Origin: a virus
Lineage: Duplodnaviria; Heunggongvirae; Uroviricota; Caudoviricetes
Virus record (IMG/VR): IMGVR_UViG_2585427970_000004
Length of the DNA stretch: 41,455 bases
Strand: one strand, 5' to 3'
Below are positions 19,563-29,674 of this stretch, one piece after another; position 1 is the stretch's first letter; each line of letters starts with the position of its first letter. The notes under the pieces were generated by a model. It searched no databases, was not told the origin of the DNA, and saw only the letters and a program-made list of their open reading frames with translations. The translations under genes were made by a program, and so were the position numbers.

Positions 19563-21296
19563 TTAAAGCGAGCGGATCCCGTAGGACTCAATGTGATCAG
19601 ACAGCGTGTCTTCTTTCTCGTACAGCATGGCTCTGCCAACCGCCATAATCAGCGCAACTGCACCGTCAATTTTGTTTTCCGCCTGCTCTTTGACGGGTTT
19701 CACCACATCATCGTTACCCGGCATGTTTTTGCCGACCACGTTGCCGATACACCAGGTCATGATGGGATTGCCGTCATGATGAAAACGTCCCGATTCAATC
19801 GCTGCTTCCAGCTCTTTCATCGGATCGGACATATTGGTGAAGTTCTGGAAGATAGTGACGGGATTCAGGTCTTCATCAGCAAGGTCATGTGACAGCCCGG
19901 TCGCCCCGAAGGGGTCGATGGGTGACTCGCTGACCGGGCTGATTTTGTTCGCCGCTTTGGCCTCTTCGAGGATGTAGCGATAATCCACCTCTGCACCATC
20001 GGTAACGGTCAGGACGCCCATTTCCACCCATTTCTGAAAGCGTTCGGCTGTCCGGCGATCTTCATTTTTCTCGACGCTGTACACCGTGTCATACGGTACC
20101 CAGAAACGCGGGGCCACACTGTAGTAATGCGTTTTACCGTCAATCTCGCGGGTATAAAGTCGCGCCATGCTGTTCATATCCAGTTTACGCGCCAGGTCAA
20201 AGGCCAGAATGCACGGCTGCCCCTCGAATTGCTCAAGAGTCAGTGATTTATCCTCGCAGCTCTGCCAGCTCACCAGGTTGAAATACGCCGAACGCGCCGA
20301 CACCCAGATATTGAGGTGTTTTGTTTTAAAGACGTTTGCCAGACGGGCGTTATTTTTCGCACGCTGCTGCTGACTTAACAAAAATTCGCGATAAACCGAC
20401 ACGCCAATATTTGGATTGGCTTTTTCCAGCACCTGCGGGTCGGTCCAGTCGTCACCTTCATCAACGGTATAGATGATCCCGAACAGTTCATCGTTGGGCA
20501 CCGAGCCGTTGAGCATCTCGATGACTTCCCGCCGCTTGTCGTAGCACGGCCCCTCAATGTTGTACCCGGCAGTAGTAATGGCCCACATCAGTGGCTGACG
20601 TCGCGCCCCCATCCCGGTAAGCATCGTGGTGTAAAGCGCATCGGTGGCGTGCTCGTGATATTCATCCACCACCGCACAGTGGGGTGATGATCCATCACCG
20701 GGGTTACCGATCAGCGGTTCAAACCGCGCGCCATCCTCCGGACGGTTCATGTTTGAGGCGTTAACCTCAATCCCGAACGCTTCCGTCAGCATGGGTGTGC
20801 GTTTACACATCAGTCGCGCCGGGCGAAAGACTTCCCACGCCTGTTTCTCTGTCGTGGCACCGGAATACACTTCCGCGCCAAACTCGTTATCACAGGCAAA
20901 ACAATACAGGGCGACACCGGCAGAGATTGCCGATTTGCCGTTCTTACGGGGGATTTCGGTATACACCTCACGGAAGCGGCGCAGCCGGGAGCCTTTATTG
21001 ACCCAGCCAAACGCGCAGCAGATCACAAAGAGCTGCCACGGCTCCAGCGTGATGGGCATCCTCTTGAATGCCCACTCACCCTTGGTGTGCGGCAACAGCT
21101 GAATAAATTTGGCGGCCCGTTCAGCCAGGTCCTTGTCGAAGCGGTAACGAAACGACTTACTTTTTTCCGCCATCAGGTCATCAAGATGGCGCTGGCAGGC
21201 CTGAATCACAAACTGGCAGGCCACAATCTTTCCGCGAACGACATCCCGGGCATACTGATTGGCAGCATTTACGTTGGGGTAAGATTTCCGGCTCAT
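19563..21296 (-). CDS. Terminase large subunit
   Basis: 577 aa; ATG at 21296; upstream of portal, overlaps the small-subunit stop. Confidence 0.85.
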   Translation of the reverse strand: MSRKSYPNVNAANQYARDVVRGKIVACQFVIQACQRHLDDLMAEKSKSFRYRFDKDLAERAAKFIQLLPHTKGEWAFKRMPITLEPWQLFVICCAFGWVNKGSRLRRFREVYTEIPRKNGKSAISAGVALYCFACDNEFGAEVYSGATTEKQAWEVFRPARLMCKRTPMLTEAFGIEVNASNMNRPEDGARFEPLIGNPGDGSSPHCAVVDEYHEHATDALYTTMLTGMGARRQPLMWAITTAGYNIEGPCYDKRREVIEMLNGSVPNDELFGIIYTVDEGDDWTDPQVLEKANPNIGVSVYREFLLSQQQRAKNNARLANVFKTKHLNIWVSARSAYFNLVSWQSCEDKSLTLEQFEGQPCILAFDLARKLDMNSMARLYTREIDGKTHYYSVAPRFWVPYDTVYSVEKNEDRRTAERFQKWVEMGVLTVTDGAEVDYRYILEEAKAANKISPVSESPIDPFGATGLSHDLADEDLNPVTIFQNFTNMSDPMKELEAAIESGRFHHDGNPIMTWCIGNVVGKNMPGNDDVVKPVKEQAENKIDGAVALIMAVGRAMLYEKEDTLSDHIESYGIRSL

Positions 21297-21787
21297 GATT
21301 CGATGATTTTCAGAAACGGGTTAGTAGCTTTCTTCTGCCCCGCCAGGCCAATCAGACGCTGGCGGCTGCTGGGGTCGAGTCCGAGCATTGCCCCCGTGCT
21401 GCTCATCTCGGACTCCTGTTCTTTTTTGGCGGTCAGCTCCGGGTTTTTGACCATACCGCCCATTGCACCGGTGATGGTGTTGCCCTGGCTGGCAATATTT
21501 TTCACGGCACGTCGCCAGAACTCATAGGCCACGCACCACCGCTCAAGCACCGCGAGGTCAGTCACGCACAGCAGGCCCTGACCGCAGAGTTCTTTAGTTG
21601 TCAGTTGCCACATGATCGTAGCGAGAGGGAGATCTTCTTCAGCGAACCACTCCGGTGGCTCAACACCTTTGATGGGCGTAAAAACAGGTTCATCTTTGTT
21701 CAGGGCTCGCTTGCCGGGGTTTCCGGACAGCGCCTTGCGCGCCGTTGGCTTGGGGCGACGCCCGGAACGCCCCGCCGTTCCAGCCAT
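21293..21787 (-). CDS. Terminase small subunit, P27 family
   Basis: Start refined to ATG 21787 (AGGAG RBS); [30 protein letters not shown] motif typical of P27-type small terminases. Confidence 0.75.
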   Translation of the reverse strand: MAGTAGRSGRRPKPTARKALSGNPGKRALNKDEPVFTPIKGVEPPEWFAEEDLPLATIMWQLTTKELCGQGLLCVTDLAVLERWCVAYEFWRRAVKNIASQGNTITGAMGGMVKNPELTAKKEQESEMSSTGAMLGLDPSSRQRLIGLAGQKKATNPFLKIIES

Positions 21788-21912
21788 ATGCGGCACTCCT
21801 GGTTAAATTTCATTTTTCGCGGGTATAAAAAAACGATGGGGCGGGCAGTCCGGAAGACGTCAGGTCACAGAGATTTGACCCGCCCCTCCCCTCAGACAGT
21901 TGAGAGTTATTA

Positions 21913-22263
21913 TCACTTAAGCCGTTCACGGGCCGTCTTCGCCTTATGACACGGCCAGCACAGACTCTGCAGATTACTGTCGGCATCAGTGCCGCCATGC
22001 GCTTTAGGGATGATGTGGTCAACAGTTTTCGCCTCACGCACCACACCAGAACGCAGACATAACTGACACAGGCCTTTGTCACGCTTCAACACACGCACGC
22101 GGATAACATCCCACTTCGAACCATAACCGCGCTGATGACGGGATTGTCCTGGCTTGTATTGCTTCCAGCCTTCGCTTTTGTGGCTTTCACAATAGCCTGA
22201 CGGGTCTGTGGTGGTATGGCGGCAGCCACGAACACGGCAGGCTTTTGGGATTCGTGATGGCAT
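21913..22263 (-). CDS. HNH endonuclease (packaging-associated)
   Basis: Start refined to ATG 22263 (GGAG RBS); Cys/His-rich HNH-type motif (…VDHIIPKAHGGTDADSNLQSLCWPCH…); adjacent to small terminase as in HK97-like cos phages. Confidence 0.75.
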   Translation of the reverse strand: MPSRIPKACRVRGCRHTTTDPSGYCESHKSEGWKQYKPGQSRHQRGYGSKWDVIRVRVLKRDKGLCQLCLRSGVVREAKTVDHIIPKAHGGTDADSNLQSLCWPCHKAKTARERLK

Positions 22264-22383
22264 ATGTACTCCAATGAAGAAGCCACCGACATAGCCTCCT
22301 CCATTCATCGTGAAACTATTTTCATCTACCCAGTAATGAATTCTTTGTAGAGTTGTGATCAATACAACTCACTAATGGAGAGG

Positions 22384-22405
22384 CTTGTCCAACACGTTGG
22401 ACAAG
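22384..22405. repeat. Perfect 10-bp inverted repeat with 2-bp spacer in the putative cos/packaging region
   Basis: cttgtccaac-ac-gttggacaag. Confidence 0.6.
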
Positions 22406-22485
22406 TTTCCTGTTTGATTTACTGGACACTATAGAAGGACAGAATGCCTTCATCACTCGAATAACATCAATTAAGGAGGTTCAAC

Positions 22486-22608
22486 ATGTTTCATTCCACA
22501 AATCATCAGGCTGTAATTATGGCTGCATCAGCTTGTACCACAGACCTTTTCCGCTTCACTTTGAGCCTGATTCATTTCTACCTGACCGGCTCGCCTCTAT
22601 CTTTTTAA
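22486..22608 (+). CDS. Small hypothetical ORF (40 aa) with a consensus Shine-Dalgarno sequence
   Basis: TAAGGAGGT 5 nt upstream of ATG 22486; MFHSTNHQAVIMAASACTTDLFRFTLSLIHFYLTGSPLSF. Confidence 0.25.
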   Translation: MFHSTNHQAVIMAASACTTDLFRFTLSLIHFYLTGSPLSF

Positions 22609-22788
22609 TCCCCGCTTTATCCAAATTGCATTGCCAGAATGCCGACAACAGACTGACATTCAAATCCTGACTACCTCCAATAGTCTGACCGTACACCTAT
22701 ATAGTTTTAATTTTCATCAATCCATTTAACTATCGTTTAATTGTTGTCACATAGGATTCTGCCGTTTTTAACAATGCAGGATAATAAG

Positions 22789-23082
22789 ATGAAAAAAATG
22801 TTGTTTTCTGCCGCTCTGGCAATGCTTATTACAGGATGTGCTCAACAGACGTTTACTGTTGGAAACAAACCGACAGCAGTAACACCAAAGGAAACCATCA
22901 CCCATCATTTCTTCGTTTCGGGAATTGGACAGGAGAAAACTGTTGATGCAGCCAAAATTTGTGGCGGCGCAGAAAATGTGGTTAAAACAGAAACCCAGCA
23001 AACATTCGTAAATGGATTGCTCGGTTTTATTACTTTAGGCATTTATACTCCGCTGGAAGCGCGGGTGTATTGCTCACAATAA
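22789..23082 (+). CDS. bor: Bor-family lipoprotein (lambda Bor-like)
   Basis: Start at ATG 22789 (MKKMLFSAALAMLITGCAQQTF…, lipobox LITGC); recalled as near-identical to lambda Bor; opposite strand to the lysis genes. Confidence 0.85.
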   Translation: MKKMLFSAALAMLITGCAQQTFTVGNKPTAVTPKETITHHFFVSGIGQEKTVDAAKICGGAENVVKTETQQTFVNGLLGFITLGIYTPLEARVYCSQ

Positions 23083-23113
23083 TTGCATGAGTTGCCTATC
23101 GATATGGGCAGCG

Positions 23114-23575
23114 CTATCTGCACTGCTCATTAATATACTTCTGGGTTCCTTCCAGTTGTTTTTGCATAGTGATCAGCCTCTCTCTGAGGGTGAAATAATC
23201 CCGTTCAGCGGTGTCTGCCAATCGGGGGGAGGCTGCATTATCCACGCCGGAGGCGGTGGTGGCTTCACGCACTGACTGACAGACTGCTTTGATGTGCAAC
23301 CGACGACGACCAGCGGCAACATCATCACGCAGAGCATCATTTTCAGCTTTCGCATCAGCTAACTCCTTCGTGTATTTTGCATCGAGCGCAGCAACATCAC
23401 GCTGACGCATCTGCATGTCAGTAATTGTCGAGTTCGCCAGCTTCAGTTCTCTGGCATTTTTGTCGCGCTGGGCTTTGTAGGTAATGGCGTTATCGCGGTA
23501 ATGATTAACAGCCCATGACAAGCAAACGATGATGCAGATAACCAGAGCGGAAATAATCGCGGTTACTCTGCTCAT
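23114..23575 (-). CDS. Rz: Rz-like i-spanin
   Basis: 153 aa, N-terminal TM helix then coiled-coil; overlaps the endolysin stop; lambda Rz-like. Confidence 0.8.
   Translation of the reverse strand: MSRVTAIISALVICIIVCLSWAVNHYRDNAITYKAQRDKNARELKLANSTITDMQMRQRDVAALDAKYTKELADAKAENDALRDDVAAGRRRLHIKAVCQSVREATTASGVDNAASPRLADTAERDYFTLRERLITMQKQLEGTQKYINEQCR
23173..23355 (-). CDS. Rz1: Rz1-like o-spanin lipoprotein embedded in Rz (+1 frame)
   Basis: [41 protein letters not shown]: lipobox plus proline-rich segment, nested within Rz. Confidence 0.8.
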   Translation of the reverse strand: MRKLKMMLCVMMLPLVVVGCTSKQSVSQCVKPPPPPAWIMQPPPDWQTPLNGIISPSERG

Positions 23576-24048
23576 ACCTCAATCTCTCTGACCGTTCCGC
23601 CTGCTTCTTTGAATTTTGCAATCAGGCTGTCAGCCTTATGCTCGAACTGACCATAACCAGCGCCCGGCAGTGAAGCCCAGATATTGCTGCAACGGTCAAT
23701 TGCCTGACGAATATCACCGCGATCAATCATCGGTAAAGCGCCACGCTCCTTAATCTGCTGCAATGCCACAGCATCCTGGCTTTTCGGAGAGAAGTCTTTC
23801 AGAGCAAGCTGCTTACGGTAAGCATCCCACCAACGGGAAAGAAGCTGGTAGCGCCCGGCTGCTGTTGATTTGAGTTTTGGGTTTAGCGTGACAAGTTTGC
23901 GAGGATGATCGGAGTAATCAGTAAATAGCTCTCCGCCTACAATGACGTCATAACCATGATTTCTGGTTTTCTGCCGTCCGTTATCCGTTCCTTCTGACCA
24001 TGCCACCATATCGAGGAAAGCCTTACGCTGAGGATTAAGATTTTGCAT
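23572..24048 (-). CDS. R: Endolysin, lambda R-type lytic transglycosylase
   Basis: 158 aa; …[46 protein letters not shown]… recalled as near-identical to lambda R. Confidence 0.9.
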   Translation of the reverse strand: MQNLNPQRKAFLDMVAWSEGTDNGRQKTRNHGYDVIVGGELFTDYSDHPRKLVTLNPKLKSTAAGRYQLLSRWWDAYRKQLALKDFSPKSQDAVALQQIKERGALPMIDRGDIRQAIDRCSNIWASLPGAGYGQFEHKADSLIAKFKEAGGTVREIEV

Positions 24049-24352
24049 TTTTCACCCCTGTCAGTCGTTCCCAGAAGTACGTCAGTGCAACCGAACCCAT
24101 CGCACCACTAATCCCCGCTGTCGCGAGAATCATGTAAATACTGAATCCACTTTCGATGCTGATCAGGCCACCAATAACACCGGTGAATCCTGATACCACT
24201 ATCTGAGCCAGAGCATTTATCCAACTCCACGTTGCTTTACTCTGCTTCACATCTATCAGGTAGCGGACCAGACCGCCCCAACCTGCGATGATCAGCAAAA
24301 CGAGCCAGAACGCTCCGGCAAGGCTCTCTTTTTCGTGCATATGAATAGCCAA
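24035..24352 (-). CDS. Holin
   Basis: About 101-105 aa with three hydrophobic segments, immediately upstream of R; track start is TTG at 24352, in-frame ATG at 24340. Confidence 0.65.
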   Translation of the reverse strand: MAIHMHEKESLAGAFWLVLLIIAGWGGLVRYLIDVKQSKATWSWINALAQIVVSGFTGVIGGLISIESGFSIYMILATAGISGAMGSVALTYFWERLTGVKNAKS

Positions 24353-24454
24353 TGTTTCGCCGCCGACAAAAGGCCGGGACGTTAAATGTCAGAAATCAGA
24401 CTCACGGGGTAATTTAACGACAAAGCACGGAGTTGATGCTCCCCGCAAGCCTGG

Positions 24455-24480
24455 AATAAAAAAGCCAGCATGTAGCTGGC
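24455..24480 (-). terminator. Rho-independent terminator, tR'-like (late operon leader)
   Basis: Minus strand GCCAGC-TACAT-GCTGGC followed by TTTTTTATT, about 180 nt downstream of the Q-like gene and upstream of the holin. Confidence 0.55.
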
Positions 24481-24661
24481 AACAGAGGGTTAAGCAATAT
24501 CAACTCAACAGCTGAAGACACCCTGGCTGGGGTACGTTGGAAGGATACTCACCGCCCAGAAACAGAAAAGCCCAAGGCTTTAAACCTCGAGCTTGAATTT
24601 GGATTACTGCCAGTGCGTACAACATTGGCAAAATATCAGATTTATATGAAATATATGCTTT

Positions 24662-25351
24662 TTAATCCAGTTTTGCAATATTTTGCTGTGAAAATGTCGC
24701 CTTTTGTTTTGAACGTGTTCTCGTTAGAAGCAATAAAGCTTCGCTATCAAGCTGTAGAAAAATGTGCTTCATTGCAACCCAGCGTTCAGTGAATGTCTCA
24801 GACCAGTTTTTTGATGTCACTCCCACCAGTGACGCCAGTTCCTGGTATTCATAAGCCTCACGCCCTACCAGTTCGCTCTTCACATCCTGTGCCGCCAGCC
24901 AGATCAACTTCTTCAGGCGTTCCAGTGTTTTACCTGCAATTTTTCTGGTACCCAACAGAGTCTTAAACTCGCTCCATGCCCACTGCGTTATGGTGACCTG
25001 ATGTTCCCAGCGAACACTTTCGCTGTAACTCCACAGCAACCACGCTTTCTGATGTTCTTCGAGAGACAGAACCGCGCGGCGCCATGAAGATGTTGAGAAC
25101 TCAACCTGGCTGACCAGTGCAATGGATGAACCTTTTGCGTACGACTGCTTACCGGAAATCGGCGGATTATCCAGCGTAATCATCTTGCCCGTTACCTCAT
25201 CCAGAATGCGCGGCTTCTTTCGTTTATATTTACCAGTATCAAATTGTGCATGCTCCAGCCAGGCTTCAAGCTGGCCTTTCGTTGCTCCGCTCAAATCAGC
25301 AGTAGCCACAATGAGTTGCTCGCGGACATACTGTAAATATTGGGTATTCAT
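24662..25351 (-). CDS. Q-like late antitermination protein
   Basis: 229 aa; position between the nin/rusA block and the lysis cassette, followed by a terminator; family assignment by position and recall only. Confidence 0.55.
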   Translation of the reverse strand: MNTQYLQYVREQLIVATADLSGATKGQLEAWLEHAQFDTGKYKRKKPRILDEVTGKMITLDNPPISGKQSYAKGSSIALVSQVEFSTSSWRRAVLSLEEHQKAWLLWSYSESVRWEHQVTITQWAWSEFKTLLGTRKIAGKTLERLKKLIWLAAQDVKSELVGREAYEYQELASLVGVTSKNWSETFTERWVAMKHIFLQLDSEALLLLTRTRSKQKATFSQQNIAKLD

Positions 25352-25488
25352 GCGGCAGCTCCTTTCAGTGTTTTGGCGTAATTCTTCAGTATCCGGTAAT
25401 CGGTCAAAACAGAACCGGGGAAACGATATAAGCGCAGGCGTATCCAGCGGTGGCGAAGACGTTCTGCCATATAAGACTCAAACATCAT
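25348..25488 (-). CDS. YlcG-like small protein (46 aa), below the ORF-track threshold
   Basis: [46 protein letters not shown]; start overlaps the rusA stop and stop overlaps the Q start (ATGA). Confidence 0.5.
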   Translation of the reverse strand: MMFESYMAERLRHRWIRLRLYRFPGSVLTDYRILKNYAKTLKGAAA

Positions 25489-25847
25489 TCATTCCCCAGT
25501 TCGGTGATGGTCAGCTCCAGCTTCCCACCTTTGGTAACGGGCATCTTCACAACACGGTAATCAACGACCTGAACATCATCCAGCCAGAAACCTGCTTTGG
25601 TGAGTGCGTCAAAAGCGGCTTTTTGCAGATTATCCAGGTCACGGCGACGGCGATCCGGCATGTGGCACTCAATGCGGATTTTCACAGGGATAGCCAGGCC
25701 GATATCCAGCATTGCGTTTTTAATGATTCTGGCGACGTTATCGCGGTATGCCTGCCCCTCTGCGCTGACGTGCGTGCGCCCGCGATTATGGCGGTAATAG
25801 CGATTATTGCTCGGAGGCCAGGGTAATGTGATGCTGTAGGTATTCAC
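25485..25847 (-). CDS. rusA: Holliday-junction resolvase RusA
   Basis: 120 aa; [38 protein letters not shown]… recalled as near-identical to DLP12 RusA. Confidence 0.9.
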   Translation of the reverse strand: MNTYSITLPWPPSNNRYYRHNRGRTHVSAEGQAYRDNVARIIKNAMLDIGLAIPVKIRIECHMPDRRRRDLDNLQKAAFDALTKAGFWLDDVQVVDYRVVKMPVTKGGKLELTITELGNE

Positions 25848-26173
25848 GCCTTAATAACCCCCTCTTTCAGCCACATAACCTGTGTTCTCGCCATACCTTC
25901 CAGCGCGCATTCTTTTGCATATCCAGCGTCAACAAAATGCGTGCGACGGTCGATCTCATCGTGACAGGCAGAACATGCAATGGTGGCAATCAGGTCTGGC
26001 GGTTTGGTACCGGTGCCGCACAATCCAGCCAGCCGGATATGTGCCAGTACTGACGTTTCAGGATTGCCATTACATACGCCAGGGATTCTTACCTGGCATT
26101 CCCGACCACGCGCTGCTTTTCTCAAATCAGCCATGATTCCTCCTTGCTGCCAGTCGCAACCATTTTTTATCAA
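25844..26173 (-). CDS. YbcO-like protein (DUF1364)
   Basis: Cys/His-rich (…[25 protein letters not shown]…[13 protein letters not shown]…); recalled as DLP12 YbcO-like; true start may be the internal MADLRK. Confidence 0.7.
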   Translation of the reverse strand: MIKNGCDWQQGGIMADLRKAARGRECQVRIPGVCNGNPETSVLAHIRLAGLCGTGTKPPDLIATIACSACHDEIDRRTHFVDAGYAKECALEGMARTQVMWLKEGVIKA

Positions 26174-26297
26174 CCAGGCTGGCGGTATATCCGAGCAGTG
26201 TTGGTATTTCGGATGGTTTCAGCTCAGGCTTACGCTTACGACGATTTGGTACTCTGTAGATGTGTCCGTTCATGACACGAATAAGCGGTGTAGCCAT
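26127..26297 (-). CDS. ninE: NinE-family protein
   Basis: Start refined to [32 protein letters not shown]… at 26297, overlapping the YbcN stop (TAATG). Confidence 0.65.
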   Translation of the reverse strand: MATPLIRVMNGHIYRVPNRRKRKPELKPSEIPTLLGYTASLVDKKWLRLAARRNHG

Positions 26298-26752
26298 TAC
26301 GCCTCCTGCTTGTCGCGCAGTAGCTGGAATTCGCAGCTCTGTGGAATAGTCAGGTGGCAACCAATATTCATCGCCCAGGCTTCAACCTTACACAGGAAGA
26401 CATACATCTCTCCGGTATCGAGATCGGAGGTATGACGTAATGACTGAATGGTGGTGATTTCACCGGTTACGACATCAACCAGTTCTTTGGTTTCATAACC
26501 GAGATAAGTGTGTTTGAGAGCATCTTTTACCCAAGCTGGAGTGGCGAACGTTTTACCCCTGCTGATGAGGTATTCACTGATTTCGCTGTACCACATGTGG
26601 CTGAGTGCATTCTGGGAAAGACTGCGTCTCTCGCGCCACGGTTTAAGCACCATGCGAAAGCATTTGCCGTCCTCCAGATAAGGCTGGATCTGCCGACCGA
26701 TAGCGGTGAAGTTACCGCGATGCAATTTGATACCATCTTGTGGGAGGTTCAC
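26297..26752 (-). CDS. YbcN/NinB-family protein
   Basis: 151 aa; [55 protein letters not shown]… recalled as DLP12 YbcN-like. Confidence 0.75.
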   Translation of the reverse strand: MNLPQDGIKLHRGNFTAIGRQIQPYLEDGKCFRMVLKPWRERRSLSQNALSHMWYSEISEYLISRGKTFATPAWVKDALKHTYLGYETKELVDVVTGEITTIQSLRHTSDLDTGEMYVFLCKVEAWAMNIGCHLTIPQSCEFQLLRDKQEA

Positions 26753-27090
26753 GCTTCACCTCCGCAGAGATCAAACGCTGGATGCAAAATATCGCAGGTG
26801 CATTTCTGCATCTGTGAATGGAGAAGAGAGGTTGGATTGTATGTGCGCATAAACGTCCCCGTTTAGCGCAGAAGTCACCGGAGTTGTTCAGGCTCCGATG
26901 ACATGATTATGGCGGGTTGATAACGAAAAATCAAAACTACTTTTTGGTGTTCTGTTCGGCCATTTCGATGTAGCGCGGATCAGATGCGCTGGCTATTCTC
27001 TGGCGACCCGTTCCGCTATCATCGGCATGTTCAAACATTTTGTAAGCGTCACCGGAGGTGGTGAGATCAACGTTACATTACTATATTTAT

Positions 27091-27122
27091 AATAAGCCTC
27101 AATTCAAACATTGAGGCTTATT
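27091..27122 (-). other. Perfect 12-bp-stem hairpin immediately downstream of the RloB-like gene (possible terminator or RNA stability element)
   Basis: aataagcctcaa-ttcaaaca-ttgaggcttatt; 13 nt past the stop codon; no clean U-tract. Confidence 0.4.
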
Positions 27123-27134
27123 ATAATGAAAAAA

Positions 27135-27770
27135 TTACGGCACAAATGAATCTATAGCATCAAGCAACTCATTCACATTCGTATAACACCCAAGAAGAAA
27201 TGGTCTATTAGAATGAGGAGGAGCTGCATTTAAACTTTGTTTATTTAGTGCCTTCGCTCTTTGTCTGGCATAAGGAATACCAAGTCTAATTTTCTTATAC
27301 AACGTAGCATCGGCTTTATTATAATCCTTTATACCCACTGATAGTAAATCTTTTTTCAAAGTAGAGTTTTTCTTTAGATCATCAAAACTTGAGTAAGGTG
27401 TATTCTTAAATGCAAAGTGTTGTAAAATCCACAATTCAAAACAAACATTTGACAACGCAATATTAATATTGTTTGCATGGGCTAAATCCCATGCTTCATG
27501 GTGTAATGTGTGTGGGTATTTTGTGACAGCCTCTCTATCATATACAACCCAAAATTCATCATCATCCGATGTATCACCACTTTCCTTGTGTTTAATTGCA
27601 GCCTTTACTAAGGCTATTGGTGTGTTATATTTTATATCAGGGATATGTATAACTTTTGCTTTCTCACTAGCAAATTCATCGATATAACCCTGCAAGTACA
27701 TAGGTTCTGTTTTAGACCCTTCGCAAAAAATATGCATTCGTTTCTCTAATTTTCTCACGTTTTTTGCCAT
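27135..27770 (-). CDS. RloB-like (Toprim-like) protein, AbiLii-like
   Basis: 211 aa; N-terminal HIFCEGSKTEP and acidic FWVVYDRE motifs consistent with RloB/Toprim; AAGGTGA RBS; starts 6 nt after the ATPase stop; AT-rich. Confidence 0.65.
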   Translation of the reverse strand: MAKNVRKLEKRMHIFCEGSKTEPMYLQGYIDEFASEKAKVIHIPDIKYNTPIALVKAAIKHKESGDTSDDDEFWVVYDREAVTKYPHTLHHEAWDLAHANNINIALSNVCFELWILQHFAFKNTPYSSFDDLKKNSTLKKDLLSVGIKDYNKADATLYKKIRLGIPYARQRAKALNKQSLNAAPPHSNRPFLLGCYTNVNELLDAIDSFVP

Positions 27771-27776
27771 GATCTA

Positions 27777-29117
27777 TCACCTTAAATCTTCTGGAATATC
27801 ATCGATGTTACCAAATACTGTTAAATCAGTATCTTCAGGTTCACCACCTGTTACCCCAATGATAAAATCCTTTATTTTCATATAGTTAATTGATGGGACG
27901 CCACCAAAACGCCCTTCATCATACCACTTGTTAAAAGGTGAATTAGCCTTAACCTTTTCTTTATCAAACTCATCTAAACTATAAACTTCGGTTACACCTT
28001 TTTTCTTTTCAGTAAACCAAATCTGATCTCTTCTCATATTTTCTGATTTCATCAGCTCAATGTTATGAGTTGTAAATATGAGCTGAGAGCCTACTTTATT
28101 AACCTCACTATCGTTAAACAGTCTGATTAAAAGTGCAGCCAAATGTGGATGCATGCTGTGGTCTATTTCATCGATAATTAACACTCGATTTATTAAAAGA
28201 CCAGAAATTAGGGCAGGTGTTAATTCAAATAACCTACGGGTTCCTGCTGACTCATTTTCAATATCTATATCAGCACATTCTCCACCCTCCATGTCATGCT
28301 CAAATTTAAAGCTAAATCGATTTTCAGCCAAAATTCTTCGTTTCATATCTTCCGGCATTTCATCAGGTAGCTTAATATCTAGTTCTTTATTTTCGACAAT
28401 CCTTAGTTGGTTTATACCCGTATCAACCAATGATAAGAAGTTACCGGAAAAACGAATAAGCATGTCTCTAAATTTCTCATCCTCAAGATGAAGAGCATTA
28501 AAACTTGATTCCATTCCAATAGGACAAATTAACTGCGAAAAGTACTCATATACTTCCTTAGCAATCTCTGGAGCCTCAGCGACAGTGCCGATCTTTGATA
28601 GATAAGAGTTATTTTTAGAAAATGGAATTTTCTTTACTCCACCTTTGAATTGCGCCCCAAATTTAATATTCTCCCAACCATTATTCACACGATAGAACAA
28701 ATTCGATGGCTGCTTGGAGTAATAACAATCTAAACTCTCCAATATAATTTCTTTTTGAAGATAATGTATTTTATATTTAAATTTCAAATCATTGATCACA
28801 AAGTCAATTTCAAACTTTACTGGCTTTGAGATTGTTTTTTGACAAAGAGAATATGGTTCATAACAAGGGATATCCTCGCCATCTTTCAACGAAAAGCTAT
28901 CCTCAACAAGATAATTTAATGCAGAAAACACCTTTAGAAGGTTTGACTTCCCTGAAGCATTAGGACCATAAATTCCAACGGTACGTACAACCCGCTCATT
29001 GCTTTTGGGAAGAACAAGCAAATTATCGCTTAAGTGGTTACTTGTTGAACTACGCAGATCAAAGTTAACCTCTTCTTTGATCGACCTAAAATTCTCAACT
29101 TTTAAGGAAATTATCAT
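27777..29117 (-). CDS. ABC/AAA_21-type ATPase, AbiLi-like
   Basis: 446 aa; Walker A GPNASGKS (about aa 51-58), Walker B LIIDEID (about aa 313-319), TTHN H-loop-like motif; long helical insert between them as in OLD/AbiL-type ATPases; AT-rich. Confidence 0.7.
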   Translation of the reverse strand: MIISLKVENFRSIKEEVNFDLRSSTSNHLSDNLLVLPKSNERVVRTVGIYGPNASGKSNLLKVFSALNYLVEDSFSLKDGEDIPCYEPYSLCQKTISKPVKFEIDFVINDLKFKYKIHYLQKEIILESLDCYYSKQPSNLFYRVNNGWENIKFGAQFKGGVKKIPFSKNNSYLSKIGTVAEAPEIAKEVYEYFSQLICPIGMESSFNALHLEDEKFRDMLIRFSGNFLSLVDTGINQLRIVENKELDIKLPDEMPEDMKRRILAENRFSFKFEHDMEGGECADIDIENESAGTRRLFELTPALISGLLINRVLIIDEIDHSMHPHLAALLIRLFNDSEVNKVGSQLIFTTHNIELMKSENMRRDQIWFTEKKKGVTEVYSLDEFDKEKVKANSPFNKWYDEGRFGGVPSINYMKIKDFIIGVTGGEPEDTDLTVFGNIDDIPEDLR

Positions 29118-29473
29118 AAAACGATCCTCTAAAACGTACTTTTACAGTAAAAAAATGACAAAAAATGCCTAATCACGAGATTGTAATCTATAATAATATA
29201 CTTTTATACAACTATTTCTTGGTTTTGTACCCTTATAAGCACAAGAAGAATGCAATCATCATATTGAGTTACTACAAGAGCTGGACTGCCCCCTTCCGGA
29301 AGACGATCTTGCCCGATAGTTTCTTCCCTCCACTCCCACGGGTCTACGCCAGTTGGGCATCCTGAAAACTCCCGACAATCTCGATGGTTTCCAGCGCTGC
29401 TATGGGGTCGTTCATGATAATTATATTAAGTTTGACCAAAAACTGACTTCACCTTCAGAAGGAGCGCAGTTAA

Positions 29474-29674
29474 TCAAATCGATAATTTCTTCAGGTGTCT
29501 CTTTAACGTCGATATACTCGCCAGAGGATATTTCAGAGTTGTAATACCATGCAGAGTCATGATAACGATATGCCCTACGGCAACAAACACAGGCTCGAAG
29601 ACTGTTTCAGGTTCCCAGCCATATTTCCCCTGACGCTCAATCGTCGCTTGCTGGCTCAATTTGATGATTTTCAT
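29474..29674 (-). CDS. Hypothetical protein downstream of ren
   Basis: 66-aa ORF, start overlapping the ren stop; no assignable family. Confidence 0.3.
   Translation of the reverse strand: MKIIKLSQQATIERQGKYGWEPETVFEPVFVAVGHIVIMTLHGITTLKYPLASISTLKRHLKKLSI

Noticed and set aside
24340-24352. Dual-start holin/antiholin motif
   Set aside because: The first in-frame start is TTG (24352) and the ATG is at 24340; neither has a clear Shine-Dalgarno, so a lambda S-like dual start cannot be supported from sequence.
27091-27122. Calling the hairpin after the RloB-like gene a canonical intrinsic terminator
   Set aside because: The 12-bp stem is perfect but neither strand has a clean U-tract after it, so it is recorded only as a stem-loop.
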